DNA of 60,573 nucleotides from a virus (taxonomy: Duplodnaviria > Caudoviricetes), in IMG/VR virus record IMGVR_UViG_3300017764_000003, positions 1-60,573 of that record, one strand, 5' to 3'. Below the pieces are notes generated by a model. That model was not told where the DNA came from. It made no database searches and saw nothing but the letters and a program-made list of their open reading frames with translations. Position numbers and translations under genes: made by a program. Below, in pieces: positions 50,699-59,345 of this stretch (within the stretch, counting starts at the first letter, position 1; each line of letters starts with the position of its first letter).

Positions 50699-51265
50699 TT
50701 AATTTATTTTATCTATTATATCTGAAATACTTCTCTTAACTTCAGACTTCTTATTAGACTTCTCTTTAACTTTAATTCCATATCCTGATTCCATTCTATC
50801 TACAACATTGTTTAGTTCTGTAGAAATCTTTAAAGCCAAGTCTGCATACTTTTTCTTTTCGTCTGCATCCATTTCATCCATATCTTGATCGCTAACTATT
50901 ATTATAGTTTGCATTTTATCAAAGATATATTCCTGCATTAACTTAGCCTTTAGTCTTACGGAAGGAATAAAAGATGCCATTTTAGTTATTGCAGCTTTAA
51001 TCTCATCAGGTACATTACCCTTTGCGTATTCAATAGCCTCTTCTTTTTTGGTATGATATGTACCCCAAGACATTGATGCTGCGGCTTTAAGCCTTTTCTT
51101 TTTTTCCAATCCTGCTATAGGAGAAGTTCTATTAGCAAGATACCAAACAAACTTTAGTTGTCTTGCTGAAAGTATACTAAATTCTTCAATCTCAGCTAAC
51201 TCAGGATAGTCTATTTTCATATCCCTGTTGCTAGGTTCATACATTAAAGCTTCTCCATAGTTCAT
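50699..51265 (-). CDS. Hypothetical packaging-region protein
   Basis: ORF between terminase and portal. Confidence 0.65.
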   Translation of the reverse strand: MNYGEALMYEPSNRDMKIDYPELAEIEEFSILSARQLKFVWYLANRTSPIAGLEKKKRLKAAASMSWGTYHTKKEEAIEYAKGNVPDEIKAAITKMASFIPSVRLKAKLMQEYIFDKMQTIIIVSDQDMDEMDADEKKKYADLALKISTELNNVVDRMESGYGIKVKEKSNKKSEVKRSISDIIDKIN

Positions 51266-51325
51266 ATACCTTATACAATTAATACAAAAAGAAGGTTACT
51301 TCTTCAAATTTATTTTTAATAATTA

Positions 51326-51333
51326 CAAATATA
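51326..51333 (-). promoter_or_regulatory. TATATTTG -7 element downstream of terminase
   Basis: Matches TAnnTTTG in the intergenic gap. Confidence 0.45.
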
Positions 51334-51339
51334 GTTTTT

Positions 51340-53376
51340 TTAACTCAAACTTCTTCCGATGTACTTTAACACCTTTCCGTTGTCATCTACTTCTGCTAAT
51401 CTTAATTTCCAATTAGTCTGTTTGTTTTGAACATATCTTGTGTGTTTTCTTTTAGCAGAGTCTTTTCTTATTTCTTTTGGCTCATATCTATTGAATGCTT
51501 CAGAGCATATATAGGAAAAGTTTATAGAAAATATAACATCATCAAAGTCATACTTAAGGTCAGCAGCTTGATATCTAGACTGCCTTAATGTATTTGTACT
51601 CTTTAAAGATTTTTCTACAAAGGTTTTACATTGTAACCAAAACCAAAGTATATATATGTTCTCAGCATAAAGATCAATTAACTCAATAAGCTTGTTTGTA
51701 ATCTTACCTGCTGTATTAGTTCTGTTTGATATACCCCACCACTTTGATGTTGGTGTTTGCATATAAGCAGGTAGATCGCCATTCCCTGCTATCCTTCTAC
51801 CAAATCCCCATCTCTCTAAAAAGTCAATATACATATCACCAATATTAGATTCTACTAATTCTTTTAGTGTACTTGTTTGTTGATCGTAAAACATTCCCAT
51901 CAATGCACATTGCAAGTATACTAGTTTGAATTCTCTTATTCTCCAATTAATCACACACACAGGTGCATTAGCCCAAGAATCCCAAATAGCAGAACTCATT
52001 TTAGACTTACCTGTTTCTGAGTTAATCGGATCTGTTCCTTGATAGTATCTATACTCCCAACCCTTTTCAGGTTTCTTAAACATAACACAAGTTGTTCGCT
52101 CATCATCCATACCTTTGGTTGGAATAAACTCACAGCCTACAATTTTAAATGGTACGTATTCATCGTCAGTTGGTTGTGTTGAATCATAAGTTGGAAGAAA
52201 ATATCCATACTGTGGTTGATCATCAGAATTAAGTTGATGTATCTTAAGTATTTGTTTGTTAATAAAACTAATAGGCACTATTGAAGTAGACTTTCTAAGG
52301 AACATATCATCAATAGTCATAGGGTAATGTTGATGGAATTGTACCTTTGATGCTTCAGCTTCTGCTCCTGTTACGGAGTAGTAGTATTTTTTCTCTTTCT
52401 CGTAGATGTCCCTTGTCATCCCCTCACGAGCAAAACAATCGAAGAATAAGGGTATAACCCCATAATCGTAATTGCGTTCAAACCAAGCGTTGTAAGCAGC
52501 CTTAAACTCGGCTTCAAAGACTGCTCCTCCCTTGTCCATTTCTCCACCTGTCCCCCAAGCGATCAATTGACGTTTCATTTCCATCTTACCATTTGATGGA
52601 TTATAGAAGAACAAAGCAGGTCTTCCTTCCTTCATCATACGTGTGAATATGTTAATCAATCCTATCTCATCAATTAGAACTAAGTTAGGTTGTCCTCCGT
52701 TGATTGCATCTACAGCAGGAGTTACTACTTCCACCATAGAGTTAGCCCCTGATGTTTCTCCTTTAGTCTTTCCTTTCTTTCTAAGTGAAAGCATATTGTG
52801 TGAGAAGTTGTATACATCGTTTCTAAGATAGTCAGGTATTCTACCGAACGACCATTGTATCTTGTCTCTAAAGATCTCTTCACCTTTCTCTTTGGTATGC
52901 GTTACGAACTTAACGTAGTAGGACTTGTTGAAGTTTATTCTTTTGTTTGCTAGTAGTCCAAGCGTTGATGTAAATCCAATTTGTCTTGCCTTACCTAAAA
53001 GCATATTGTATCCGCAGTCAGCTAAAAAGTATATTACTTCTTGAGCCTTCCATGCTTTATAGGATATGCCTCCACCATCAACATCTCCTTCTTTCAGCCA
53101 TCCATACTTGTTGGCATAGTACAATGTATTGTCCCTGCACCTAAAGTATTCACGAATAATATAGTCTTCTTGTTCATCCTCATCGCTATAGTCAACAATC
53201 TCATCAGTATCCTTTATCCATGAATTAGATTGTTTCTTGTATATCTCAAAGGGTTCATACTTAATTTGATTCTCCCATCCTTTATTAATAGAGTCAATCC
53301 AAGCTACTAGTTCTTTAGGATACTCTAAAGGTTTGTGTGATGGATACCATTCAGACGTTTCTATTTCGTAAGCCAT
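51340..53376 (-). CDS. terL: Terminase large subunit
   Basis: KARQIGFT Walker A, LVLIDEIG Walker B, F.Q.YP, GTDP and DD nuclease motifs. Confidence 0.93.
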   Translation of the reverse strand: MAYEIETSEWYPSHKPLEYPKELVAWIDSINKGWENQIKYEPFEIYKKQSNSWIKDTDEIVDYSDEDEQEDYIIREYFRCRDNTLYYANKYGWLKEGDVDGGGISYKAWKAQEVIYFLADCGYNMLLGKARQIGFTSTLGLLANKRINFNKSYYVKFVTHTKEKGEEIFRDKIQWSFGRIPDYLRNDVYNFSHNMLSLRKKGKTKGETSGANSMVEVVTPAVDAINGGQPNLVLIDEIGLINIFTRMMKEGRPALFFYNPSNGKMEMKRQLIAWGTGGEMDKGGAVFEAEFKAAYNAWFERNYDYGVIPLFFDCFAREGMTRDIYEKEKKYYYSVTGAEAEASKVQFHQHYPMTIDDMFLRKSTSIVPISFINKQILKIHQLNSDDQPQYGYFLPTYDSTQPTDDEYVPFKIVGCEFIPTKGMDDERTTCVMFKKPEKGWEYRYYQGTDPINSETGKSKMSSAIWDSWANAPVCVINWRIREFKLVYLQCALMGMFYDQQTSTLKELVESNIGDMYIDFLERWGFGRRIAGNGDLPAYMQTPTSKWWGISNRTNTAGKITNKLIELIDLYAENIYILWFWLQCKTFVEKSLKSTNTLRQSRYQAADLKYDFDDVIFSINFSYICSEAFNRYEPKEIRKDSAKRKHTRYVQNKQTNWKLRLAEVDDNGKVLKYIGRSLS

Positions 53377-53379
53377 ACA

Positions 53380-53535
53380 TTAAAATTTGGTATACACTAA
53401 AACTGTTTCAACATTACATTCATCACTTGGGCAGCTATAGTTGGAAACCATCCCATCACCATCGCCATCAATTCCATAATCCTCATATGTGTGATCACCA
53501 CCCCATATCAATTCCGTTCCACAATTACATATCAT
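53380..53535 (-). CDS. 51-aa Cys-containing microprotein (MICNCGTELIWGGDH...SCP..C)
   Basis: Read by hand; absent from the ORF track; fills the gap before terL. Confidence 0.7.
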   Translation of the reverse strand: MICNCGTELIWGGDHTYEDYGIDGDGDGMVSNYSCPSDECNVETVLVYTKF

Positions 53536-53547
53536 AATCTCACCAAT

Positions 53548-54102
53548 TTATTCTTTATCTCTACTAAAAGCCGAAGGCTTTTTGCGTAAATCATTTTCTA
53601 CAAATAACCCTGTCTTCTTCCTGATATTAAGCCTACTACCCTTCCAAGCTATTGCAGGATTAACATAATAAACTTTCTTCTGTTTAGATCCATGCTTAAT
53701 TATCAGTCGGTATCCTATCAATGCATTAATACTTGTTGTTACCGAACTCAAGGACATAGACAGTTCCTTTGATAGCTTCCTGTAAGTAATACCGAATACA
53801 GCATTCTCATATCCCATCTTGGATATAAAATAAAGTATAACCTTAATCTGATTAGGCGATAACGTACTCATCAAATCCTGAAGCGACTTCTGATATAGAG
53901 TCGAATATGATACCTTATCGTTAACACCTTTCTTAATCCTGTTAAGTACATTGATAGAATCAGCCCCATAGTATTCAGCTATCTTTGTCATCTCTCCTGT
54001 CTTCTCATTCATATGATATAAAGACTCGGAGGTTAATAGTTCAGGATCAATAGAGTTAAGATTACTATGAAGGATGTTTAATGTCTTTCTTAGTTTCTTC
54101 AT
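53548..54102 (-). CDS. RepL-like winged-HTH protein
   Basis: TYRKLSKELSMS.SSV..SI..L and YYVNP.IAWKG. Confidence 0.7.
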   Translation of the reverse strand: MKKLRKTLNILHSNLNSIDPELLTSESLYHMNEKTGEMTKIAEYYGADSINVLNRIKKGVNDKVSYSTLYQKSLQDLMSTLSPNQIKVILYFISKMGYENAVFGITYRKLSKELSMSLSSVTTSINALIGYRLIIKHGSKQKKVYYVNPAIAWKGSRLNIRKKTGLFVENDLRKKPSAFSRDKE

Positions 54103-54433
54103 CTTTCTTTGCTTCTCTTATCATCTTACTTGTTTTAGAAATAACCCTAGTATAGTAAGATACTTTTTCTTCATGTGTGGCAGTTAGTTCTTTGTAGATA
54201 AACTTTACCATCCCTAAGAATGTATCAGGATCATGATCTCCCTTTAGTTGATTACACCTTCTACATGAATATACTTTATTGTCATTGGATAAGATTCCGC
54301 CTTTAGATTTAGGGACTATGTGATCAGTAGTTCTATTCCAATCATTTAATCTCTCTCCACAATAGAAGCACTCATACTTATTTGTCTCTTCTTTATTTCC
54401 GAAACTTTTCCAATTTTTTTTTGAATTGCTCAT
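54065..54433 (-). CDS. HNH endonuclease
   Basis: CFYCG...TTDHIVPKSKGG...N...C..CN..KG. Confidence 0.92.
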   Translation of the reverse strand: MSNSKKNWKSFGNKEETNKYECFYCGERLNDWNRTTDHIVPKSKGGILSNDNKVYSCRRCNQLKGDHDPDTFLGMVKFIYKELTATHEEKVSYYTRVISKTSKMIREAKKDEETKKDIKHPS

Positions 54434-54722
54434 ATCTATAATTCTGTTTTATATAATCTATAATTTGAATATAGCATTTCTTGTTTTCCCAATCATCATG
54501 AATCCTATCTAGGAAGAAGTCTATAGTCTCCCATTCCCATTCATACTTATCAAGAGAATCTGTTTCAGGTATTGTGTGGATTACTATAGTAGATAAACGA
54601 TTTAATATGCCTGTGGTTTTTAACACCCTAGCAAACACGCCTACCTCCAATTCAACAACATCTCCTTTTGCTATGTCATCTAGATCTATCCGTTTCTTAT
54701 ACTTGTGAAACTTAATTGCCAT
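54393..54722 (-). CDS. Hypothetical protein, first gene of the late arm
   Basis: ORF. Confidence 0.6.
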   Translation of the reverse strand: MAIKFHKYKKRIDLDDIAKGDVVELEVGVFARVLKTTGILNRLSTIVIHTIPETDSLDKYEWEWETIDFFLDRIHDDWENKKCYIQIIDYIKQNYRYEQFKKKLEKFRK

Positions 54723-54937
54723 ATACTAATATACTAATAATATTATGCTTGTACGCATGAGAGCATCACTTTGTTACTCTGAGTAATACATCTTTTTTTG
54801 ATAATCGCCTGATAATCAACTACTTCTTGATTATCCCCCTATATATATTGTTATTGGTATATAATATATACTATAGACTATAAACTATTCTTTACTGTTA
54901 ATCATTTACTTATAGGCATTAACTTCCCCTTAAAGTA

Positions 54938-55005
54938 TCTTTCTTTATTTCTTTCTTTCTTTGCATACCACCTTGCATTACATATGCTATGCACTTGCAT
55001 TACTT
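54938..55005 (-). repeat. TGCA-repeat block C plus AAAG tract
   Basis: 54956-54979 (minus) matches 1358-1381 at 22/24 nt. Confidence 0.8.
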
Positions 55006-55189
55006 ATGTATAAAGTTATTTATGTTATACTATTAATTGTTTATGCTTTGTTTATAATTGTTTACTGTAGAACTTAAACGCATTGGTATCTGTTAGGGTA
55101 GTATTAATATAGAATAGCCCCTCGACTTTTACAGGAAAATCAATAGTTTCAGAAGATCAACAGCCTAACGAAATAAAAGGATTCTTTTT

Positions 55190-55504
55190 ATAACCGACTG
55201 ATTATCAATTAGTTATATGTACGGTTTTTACTCATATATATTTCCTTTAATTTATAACTTGTTGAGTTTCAACGGCTTGAAGTCAGGGTAAATGTATGTC
55301 TGTGGGTAAAACAACAATACCCAAACCTATCAACCTATTGATTATCAACGACTTATGTTTTGACGAAAATCTCAATTGGGCTTGTTTGTTACAAATTTGT
55401 TGACAATGGGCATTTTGACGAAATCAGGACTCATATATATATATAGGAAAACTTAGTCAGATCCATCTATAGGGTTATAACTTGTTGATTATCAACGACT
55501 TACG
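55190..55504. repeat. Four ~27-bp imperfect palindromes centred on TGATTATCA
   Basis: Copies at ~55190, 55252 (TGAGTTTCA variant), 55331, 55475; related cores at 54799-54836. Confidence 0.8.
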
Positions 55505-55511
55505 ACTTTTA

Positions 55512-55544
55512 TTTGGATAATTCAAAACTTTTATTGATAGTTAG
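55512..55544 (+). promoter_or_regulatory. Possible early promoter for the structured RNA and early genes
   Basis: TTTG at 55512, degenerate -7 (ATAGTTAG); composition shifts right after it. Confidence 0.35.
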
Positions 55545-56073
55545 GACATCAGCAAAACAGCACACCACGCTACTAGCTGATACAAGCAAGTTACTTGAAA
55601 CGCACACAATGTAACCTCTGTTTACGACAATATGCGTTTGTTACAAAGGCTACCACCGTATGCATTGTAACGAGAGGAACGGTGGGAGTGGGTTCTACCT
55701 TACTGACTTACCAAGGGGTTCTACCTCGTCAGGACAACACTCGATGGCTATAGGATAACAGCCGATAATTTGCCGAGCAAAGCAGAAACTTTGTTGGGAG
55801 TCTGAGCAACAGAATTAAGCAAAAGCGTGTGAGGTATGTAGAACAGGACAGCTACGTACTGCAGAAATGCCACACAAGTCTATGTTCCATTAGGGGCTCA
55901 AAGGATAGGTTTTAGTAGGGTTGAATACCTTGCATTTCCGTAAAAATAAAAGTCATAACAAGGCGTAGGTAGTTCGTACTAGGTGCAATGTATGTTGTAC
56001 GGTATGAATAAGATGCATTTGTCAGGTGAGTAAGGCAAAGTAAGACATTAGATCGAATCTGACCTACGCCTCA
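55545..56073 (+). ncRNA. Large structured RNA of unknown family with a 3' tRNA-like domain
   Basis: No long ORF; GC-richer than flanks; more than ten nested helices; G-U wobble pairs favour the + strand. Confidence 0.7.
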
Positions 56074-56106
56074 ATTATTAATCAAACACACACTAAATTC
56101 AAAGTT

Positions 56107-56454
56107 ATGGCTAAGTCAAACAATTATCAAGAGAATGTATTAAATGTTAATGCAAGTTACAAGAAGGTTTCTAAATCATTAGGTGCAATACGTTCATCGT
56201 TACTAGCAATGGATGGTACAACCATCAAAGATTCAGAAGGCAAAGATATTGTATTCAAGTTACCTTCTTTCACTAAGAAGGTGCTAACCTTTATGAAGAA
56301 GAACCAAAATGCTTACAAGTTTGTAAAGCAAGAGGTTAGAAAGACAAAGGATGGAGAAAATACAACTGTATTCTATGTATTACAGAAGCTAGGTAATCAA
56401 AAGTTCGAAAACGCTTTCAAAGCAAAGTTCTTAATAGCTACACCTAAAAAGTAA
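56107..56454 (+). CDS. First early protein, basic
   Basis: ORF after the structured RNA; A-rich leader without SD. Confidence 0.75.
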   Translation: MAKSNNYQENVLNVNASYKKVSKSLGAIRSSLLAMDGTTIKDSEGKDIVFKLPSFTKKVLTFMKKNQNAYKFVKQEVRKTKDGENTTVFYVLQKLGNQKFENAFKAKFLIATPKK

Positions 56455-56459
56455 GGAGC

Positions 56460-56744
56460 ATGAAATCATTAAATTTACAAGTCACAGGCACAATAGTGTT
56501 TGTGGCTATGTTGCTATGTGCATGGTTTATGGACTATGAAACTAGAACAGAAAAGTATCATACGAGTCAGGTTACAGCAGTACACTTATATCATGCCTTT
56601 GTTGATGGGACAATCATGCAAGGGGACAATCTACATGAGTTATGGTATTGTCAAGATGCTAACTATGATCATTATTATTTCAATGTAGAAGTAGGGACTA
56701 ATGTATTTGGTCACGAAACTAGAACCTATAAAGGAGGATATTAG
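56460..56744 (+). CDS. Early protein with N-terminal TM helix
   Basis: AAGGAG RBS. Confidence 0.65.
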   Translation: MKSLNLQVTGTIVFVAMLLCAWFMDYETRTEKYHTSQVTAVHLYHAFVDGTIMQGDNLHELWYCQDANYDHYYFNVEVGTNVFGHETRTYKGGY

Positions 56745-56745
56745 A

Positions 56746-56922
56746 ATGAGTAAGAAAGAATATGTGTCTACCATATTGCAATTCGTTAATAAGGTAGATA
56801 GTGCTTCAAATAAGTTGCACATAGAGAATGTGAATATGCTAGTAGATGTAATGATTGAGCAATCACGTACAGATGTGCTAAATGCATGGATTTGTGAGTT
56901 AAAAAGCAAAAAGGAGGCTTAA
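56746..56922 (+). CDS. Small early protein
   Basis: AAGGAGG RBS places the start at 56746. Confidence 0.65.
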   Translation: MSKKEYVSTILQFVNKVDSASNKLHIENVNMLVDVMIEQSRTDVLNAWICELKSKKEA

Positions 56923-56926
56923 GATT

Positions 56927-57073
56927 ATGTATAAATGTATGTTTAGAGCAAGTGGAGGATCGTATTCTATGAATTATTACGATCTACCAACAGAAGAAGA
57001 AGAAGAAATCATAGAGATAATAAAATCAGATGGATGGGAAGTATTAGAAGTATACGACATCAAACAACAATAA
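56927..57073 (+). CDS. 48-aa acidic early protein
   Basis: Read by hand; AAGGAGG RBS. Confidence 0.65.
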   Translation: MYKCMFRASGGSYSMNYYDLPTEEEEEIIEIIKSDGWEVLEVYDIKQQ

Positions 57074-57091
57074 AATAAAAGGAGGCTTAAG

Positions 57092-57331
57092 ATGAGTAAG
57101 ATAAGCAAGTATTACCCTATGGATGAAGCATTCTGTGGGGTTATTGAGGATTTACACGTAGATGTTGATCATCAAATAGCATTGTGCCAAGAGATGATAG
57201 ATTGGTATGAGTATAGAGAGTTTATGGGATATGAGTGCAAATTGGGTAGACAAAGAGCCAAAAAGCATCATGCAATAGCCTCTAATATATCAAAGAAGAT
57301 AGATTTATTCCTTAACGTATGTAAAAACTAG
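57092..57331 (+). CDS. Hypothetical early protein
   Basis: AAGGAGG RBS. Confidence 0.7.
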   Translation: MSKISKYYPMDEAFCGVIEDLHVDVDHQIALCQEMIDWYEYREFMGYECKLGRQRAKKHHAIASNISKKIDLFLNVCKN

Positions 57332-57335
57332 AAAA

Positions 57336-58070
57336 GTGAAAAGAGCAGTATTCAAGCGTGGCGACACCTTACAAGTAGTAAGACTCGGCACATCAACTAA
57401 CAAGAAAATTATAGACAATCCAAAAGAGTTGTTTATTCAGACGTATACGTTTAGTAAGAAGCAATTCGAACATATTGCCAACGGTAGACCTGAAGGCAAA
57501 GGTATGAAAGTGTTCTTCGGTATGGCTGACACCAATTGCTTGGACTGTCCTTTCAATAGTTTTGGTAAGTGTTATACACATCAGTACGACCAATACATAG
57601 GCTTCATAAGTATGCTGAAGTCTATTGTAAAAGTATATAGTACATGGGATGATCTACCCAAATACACACCAATCATAGGTAAGACCGTTATTAGTTGGTC
57701 AAAAGATAGGTATGTTAGATTTGGATCTTATGGTGAGCCTAGTTTACATCCTGAAGGTATGATAGAATCAATGTCATTCGTCAGCTATAGATGGACAGGG
57801 TATACTCATCAATGGAAAAAGAATCCAACGCTCGGCAAATACTTCATGGCTAGTACACATAGTCTGTATGAAGAAGCTATTGCAAGAGCAAAAAATTATA
57901 GAAGTTTTATGGTAGTTGAAAAAGACCAATCTAGTTCAAGTGAATTAACATCTTGTCCTGCCTCTAAAGAAGGTGGGTACAAGACTACTTGTAATCTATG
58001 TGGTCTGTGTTCAGGTACTTCAGGTACTAAAGCAGTACGATCAGTTGAAATTATTAATCACGCTAAATAA
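57336..58070 (+). CDS. Cys-rich, possibly radical-SAM-fold (gp88-like) protein
   Basis: CxxCP..CY, RFGSYGEP, GYTHQW, CPA...CxxCxxC. Confidence 0.7.
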   Translation: MKRAVFKRGDTLQVVRLGTSTNKKIIDNPKELFIQTYTFSKKQFEHIANGRPEGKGMKVFFGMADTNCLDCPFNSFGKCYTHQYDQYIGFISMLKSIVKVYSTWDDLPKYTPIIGKTVISWSKDRYVRFGSYGEPSLHPEGMIESMSFVSYRWTGYTHQWKKNPTLGKYFMASTHSLYEEAIARAKNYRSFMVVEKDQSSSSELTSCPASKEGGYKTTCNLCGLCSGTSGTKAVRSVEIINHAK

Positions 58071-58077
58071 AGCAACA

Positions 58078-58374
58078 ATGGCAAAGGAAAGACTAAGTAA
58101 GAGAGAGTATTTTACTCAAAGATTAAATCAAGCGATTGAAAACAATAAACTTGATAAGGTTAAGTATTATTCATCTAGACTAGCACAGCTAGACGAAAAA
58201 GAAAAGAATGAACACGATCTTATAGAGATTCCATTAGTAGAGATGTTTGGATCTAGAGATACTATTAGGGAGGCTATAAAGTATGCTGAATCATTTAAGG
58301 ATATCGGCACTACAACATCAGCCTTCGTATTACTTAACACAATTGCTGATAAGTATTATCTAGTAGAAAAGTAA
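58078..58374 (+). CDS. Hypothetical early protein
   Basis: Start moved to MAKERLS. Confidence 0.65.
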   Translation: MAKERLSKREYFTQRLNQAIENNKLDKVKYYSSRLAQLDEKEKNEHDLIEIPLVEMFGSRDTIREAIKYAESFKDIGTTTSAFVLLNTIADKYYLVEK

Positions 58375-58379
58375 GACAT

Positions 58380-58676
58380 ATGGCAGAAATAATCTTAAGA
58401 ACGCCTCTGAATAGATTTCAGGGGCTTTCTAGTACAAAGAAGTCTTTAGTATTCCTGACTAGTAATCACAATGGTAAATACTATTCAATTCCTATGTGGT
58501 CAGTCATATCTAAAAGAGAGTACGAGAAGACTGTGAACTCATACGTGATGAAGTTCATAGAAGTTAAATTTGACAGCAAAGCTATTGAAGGTGTGTATGC
58601 AGGTGCTGTTTCTTTAAAATACACCTTAGAATTTCTTGAAGAATTAAATAAAAATGGAACTAAAATTTTAAGATAA
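58380..58676 (+). CDS. Hypothetical early protein
   Basis: ORF. Confidence 0.65.
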   Translation: MAEIILRTPLNRFQGLSSTKKSLVFLTSNHNGKYYSIPMWSVISKREYEKTVNSYVMKFIEVKFDSKAIEGVYAGAVSLKYTLEFLEELNKNGTKILR

Positions 58677-59044
58677 TGAATATTAGACGTAACAAAGCTA
58701 TCAACTTAATCAAAAAGATTAAGAGCAAAGGACATTCATTTGGTGTGACTTACATCAAAAAGAACGGTGAAGAAAGAACAATGTTAGCTAGGCTAGGTGT
58801 TCAACCTAACTACGAAAAGAAAAGAGAACAAGCCTATACTCCAAGTGATTATGGTTTGCTTACGGTTCTTGATGTTAACAAGACTAGAGTAGCTAGGAAG
58901 ATTAAAAAGGATAAAGACCTGAAGGTATACAGACAAGTTAATGTCAACACCTTGTGCAGAATTAAGTACGGAGGTATAACTTACTTTGTTATCGGTAACG
59001 AGTTAGATAAGAACGCTTACAAATCAAATAAAAAGGAGGTATAA
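58676..59044 (+). CDS. SH3-beta-barrel (DUF2693/WYL-like) protein
   Basis: F.V.YIKKNGEERTM.A...V.D...YR motif. Confidence 0.65.
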   Translation: MNIRRNKAINLIKKIKSKGHSFGVTYIKKNGEERTMLARLGVQPNYEKKREQAYTPSDYGLLTVLDVNKTRVARKIKKDKDLKVYRQVNVNTLCRIKYGGITYFVIGNELDKNAYKSNKKEV

Positions 59045-59045
59045 G

Positions 59046-59333
59046 ATGAAATTTGATAGAAATATTTACAATATAATATTGGTTCACGTTGCTAGAACTT
59101 GGGAAAGATTAAGACTTAATCAACCACACCAAGAAATGCCTTTAGACAACATAGAGAGTGCAGAAGAGTTACAATTCATAGCTGATTTTGTTATCGAAAC
59201 AGATTTAGTTCAAGAATTTTTAACTAATAAAGATGGTGGTATTTGGGATAAGTTTGGAGATGGTTGTAGCGATGTTTACATAGAAAAGATTGCTGCAGAA
59301 TATATTACTGAAAATTATTTAACAATAAAATAA
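59046..59333 (+). CDS. Hypothetical early protein
   Basis: AAGGAGGTATAAGATG junction. Confidence 0.7.
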   Translation: MKFDRNIYNIILVHVARTWERLRLNQPHQEMPLDNIESAEELQFIADFVIETDLVQEFLTNKDGGIWDKFGDGCSDVYIEKIAAEYITENYLTIK

Positions 59334-59345
59334 AAGGAGGAAAAG

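Noticed and set aside
53337-53537. His-rich 66-aa plus-strand ORF
   Set aside because: Antisense shadow of the minus-strand microprotein at 53380-53535
55190-55504. Mini-CRISPR array
   Set aside because: Repeats are degenerate with irregular spacing, and no cas genes are present
55545-55940. Group I/II intron or RNase P RNA
   Set aside because: It interrupts no gene, and I could not find the conserved core sequences of these ribozymes by eye
55961-56073. Canonical tRNA or tmRNA
   Set aside because: Oversized D-arm, 10-nt central loop, no CCA and no tag ORF recognised; kept as tRNA-like only
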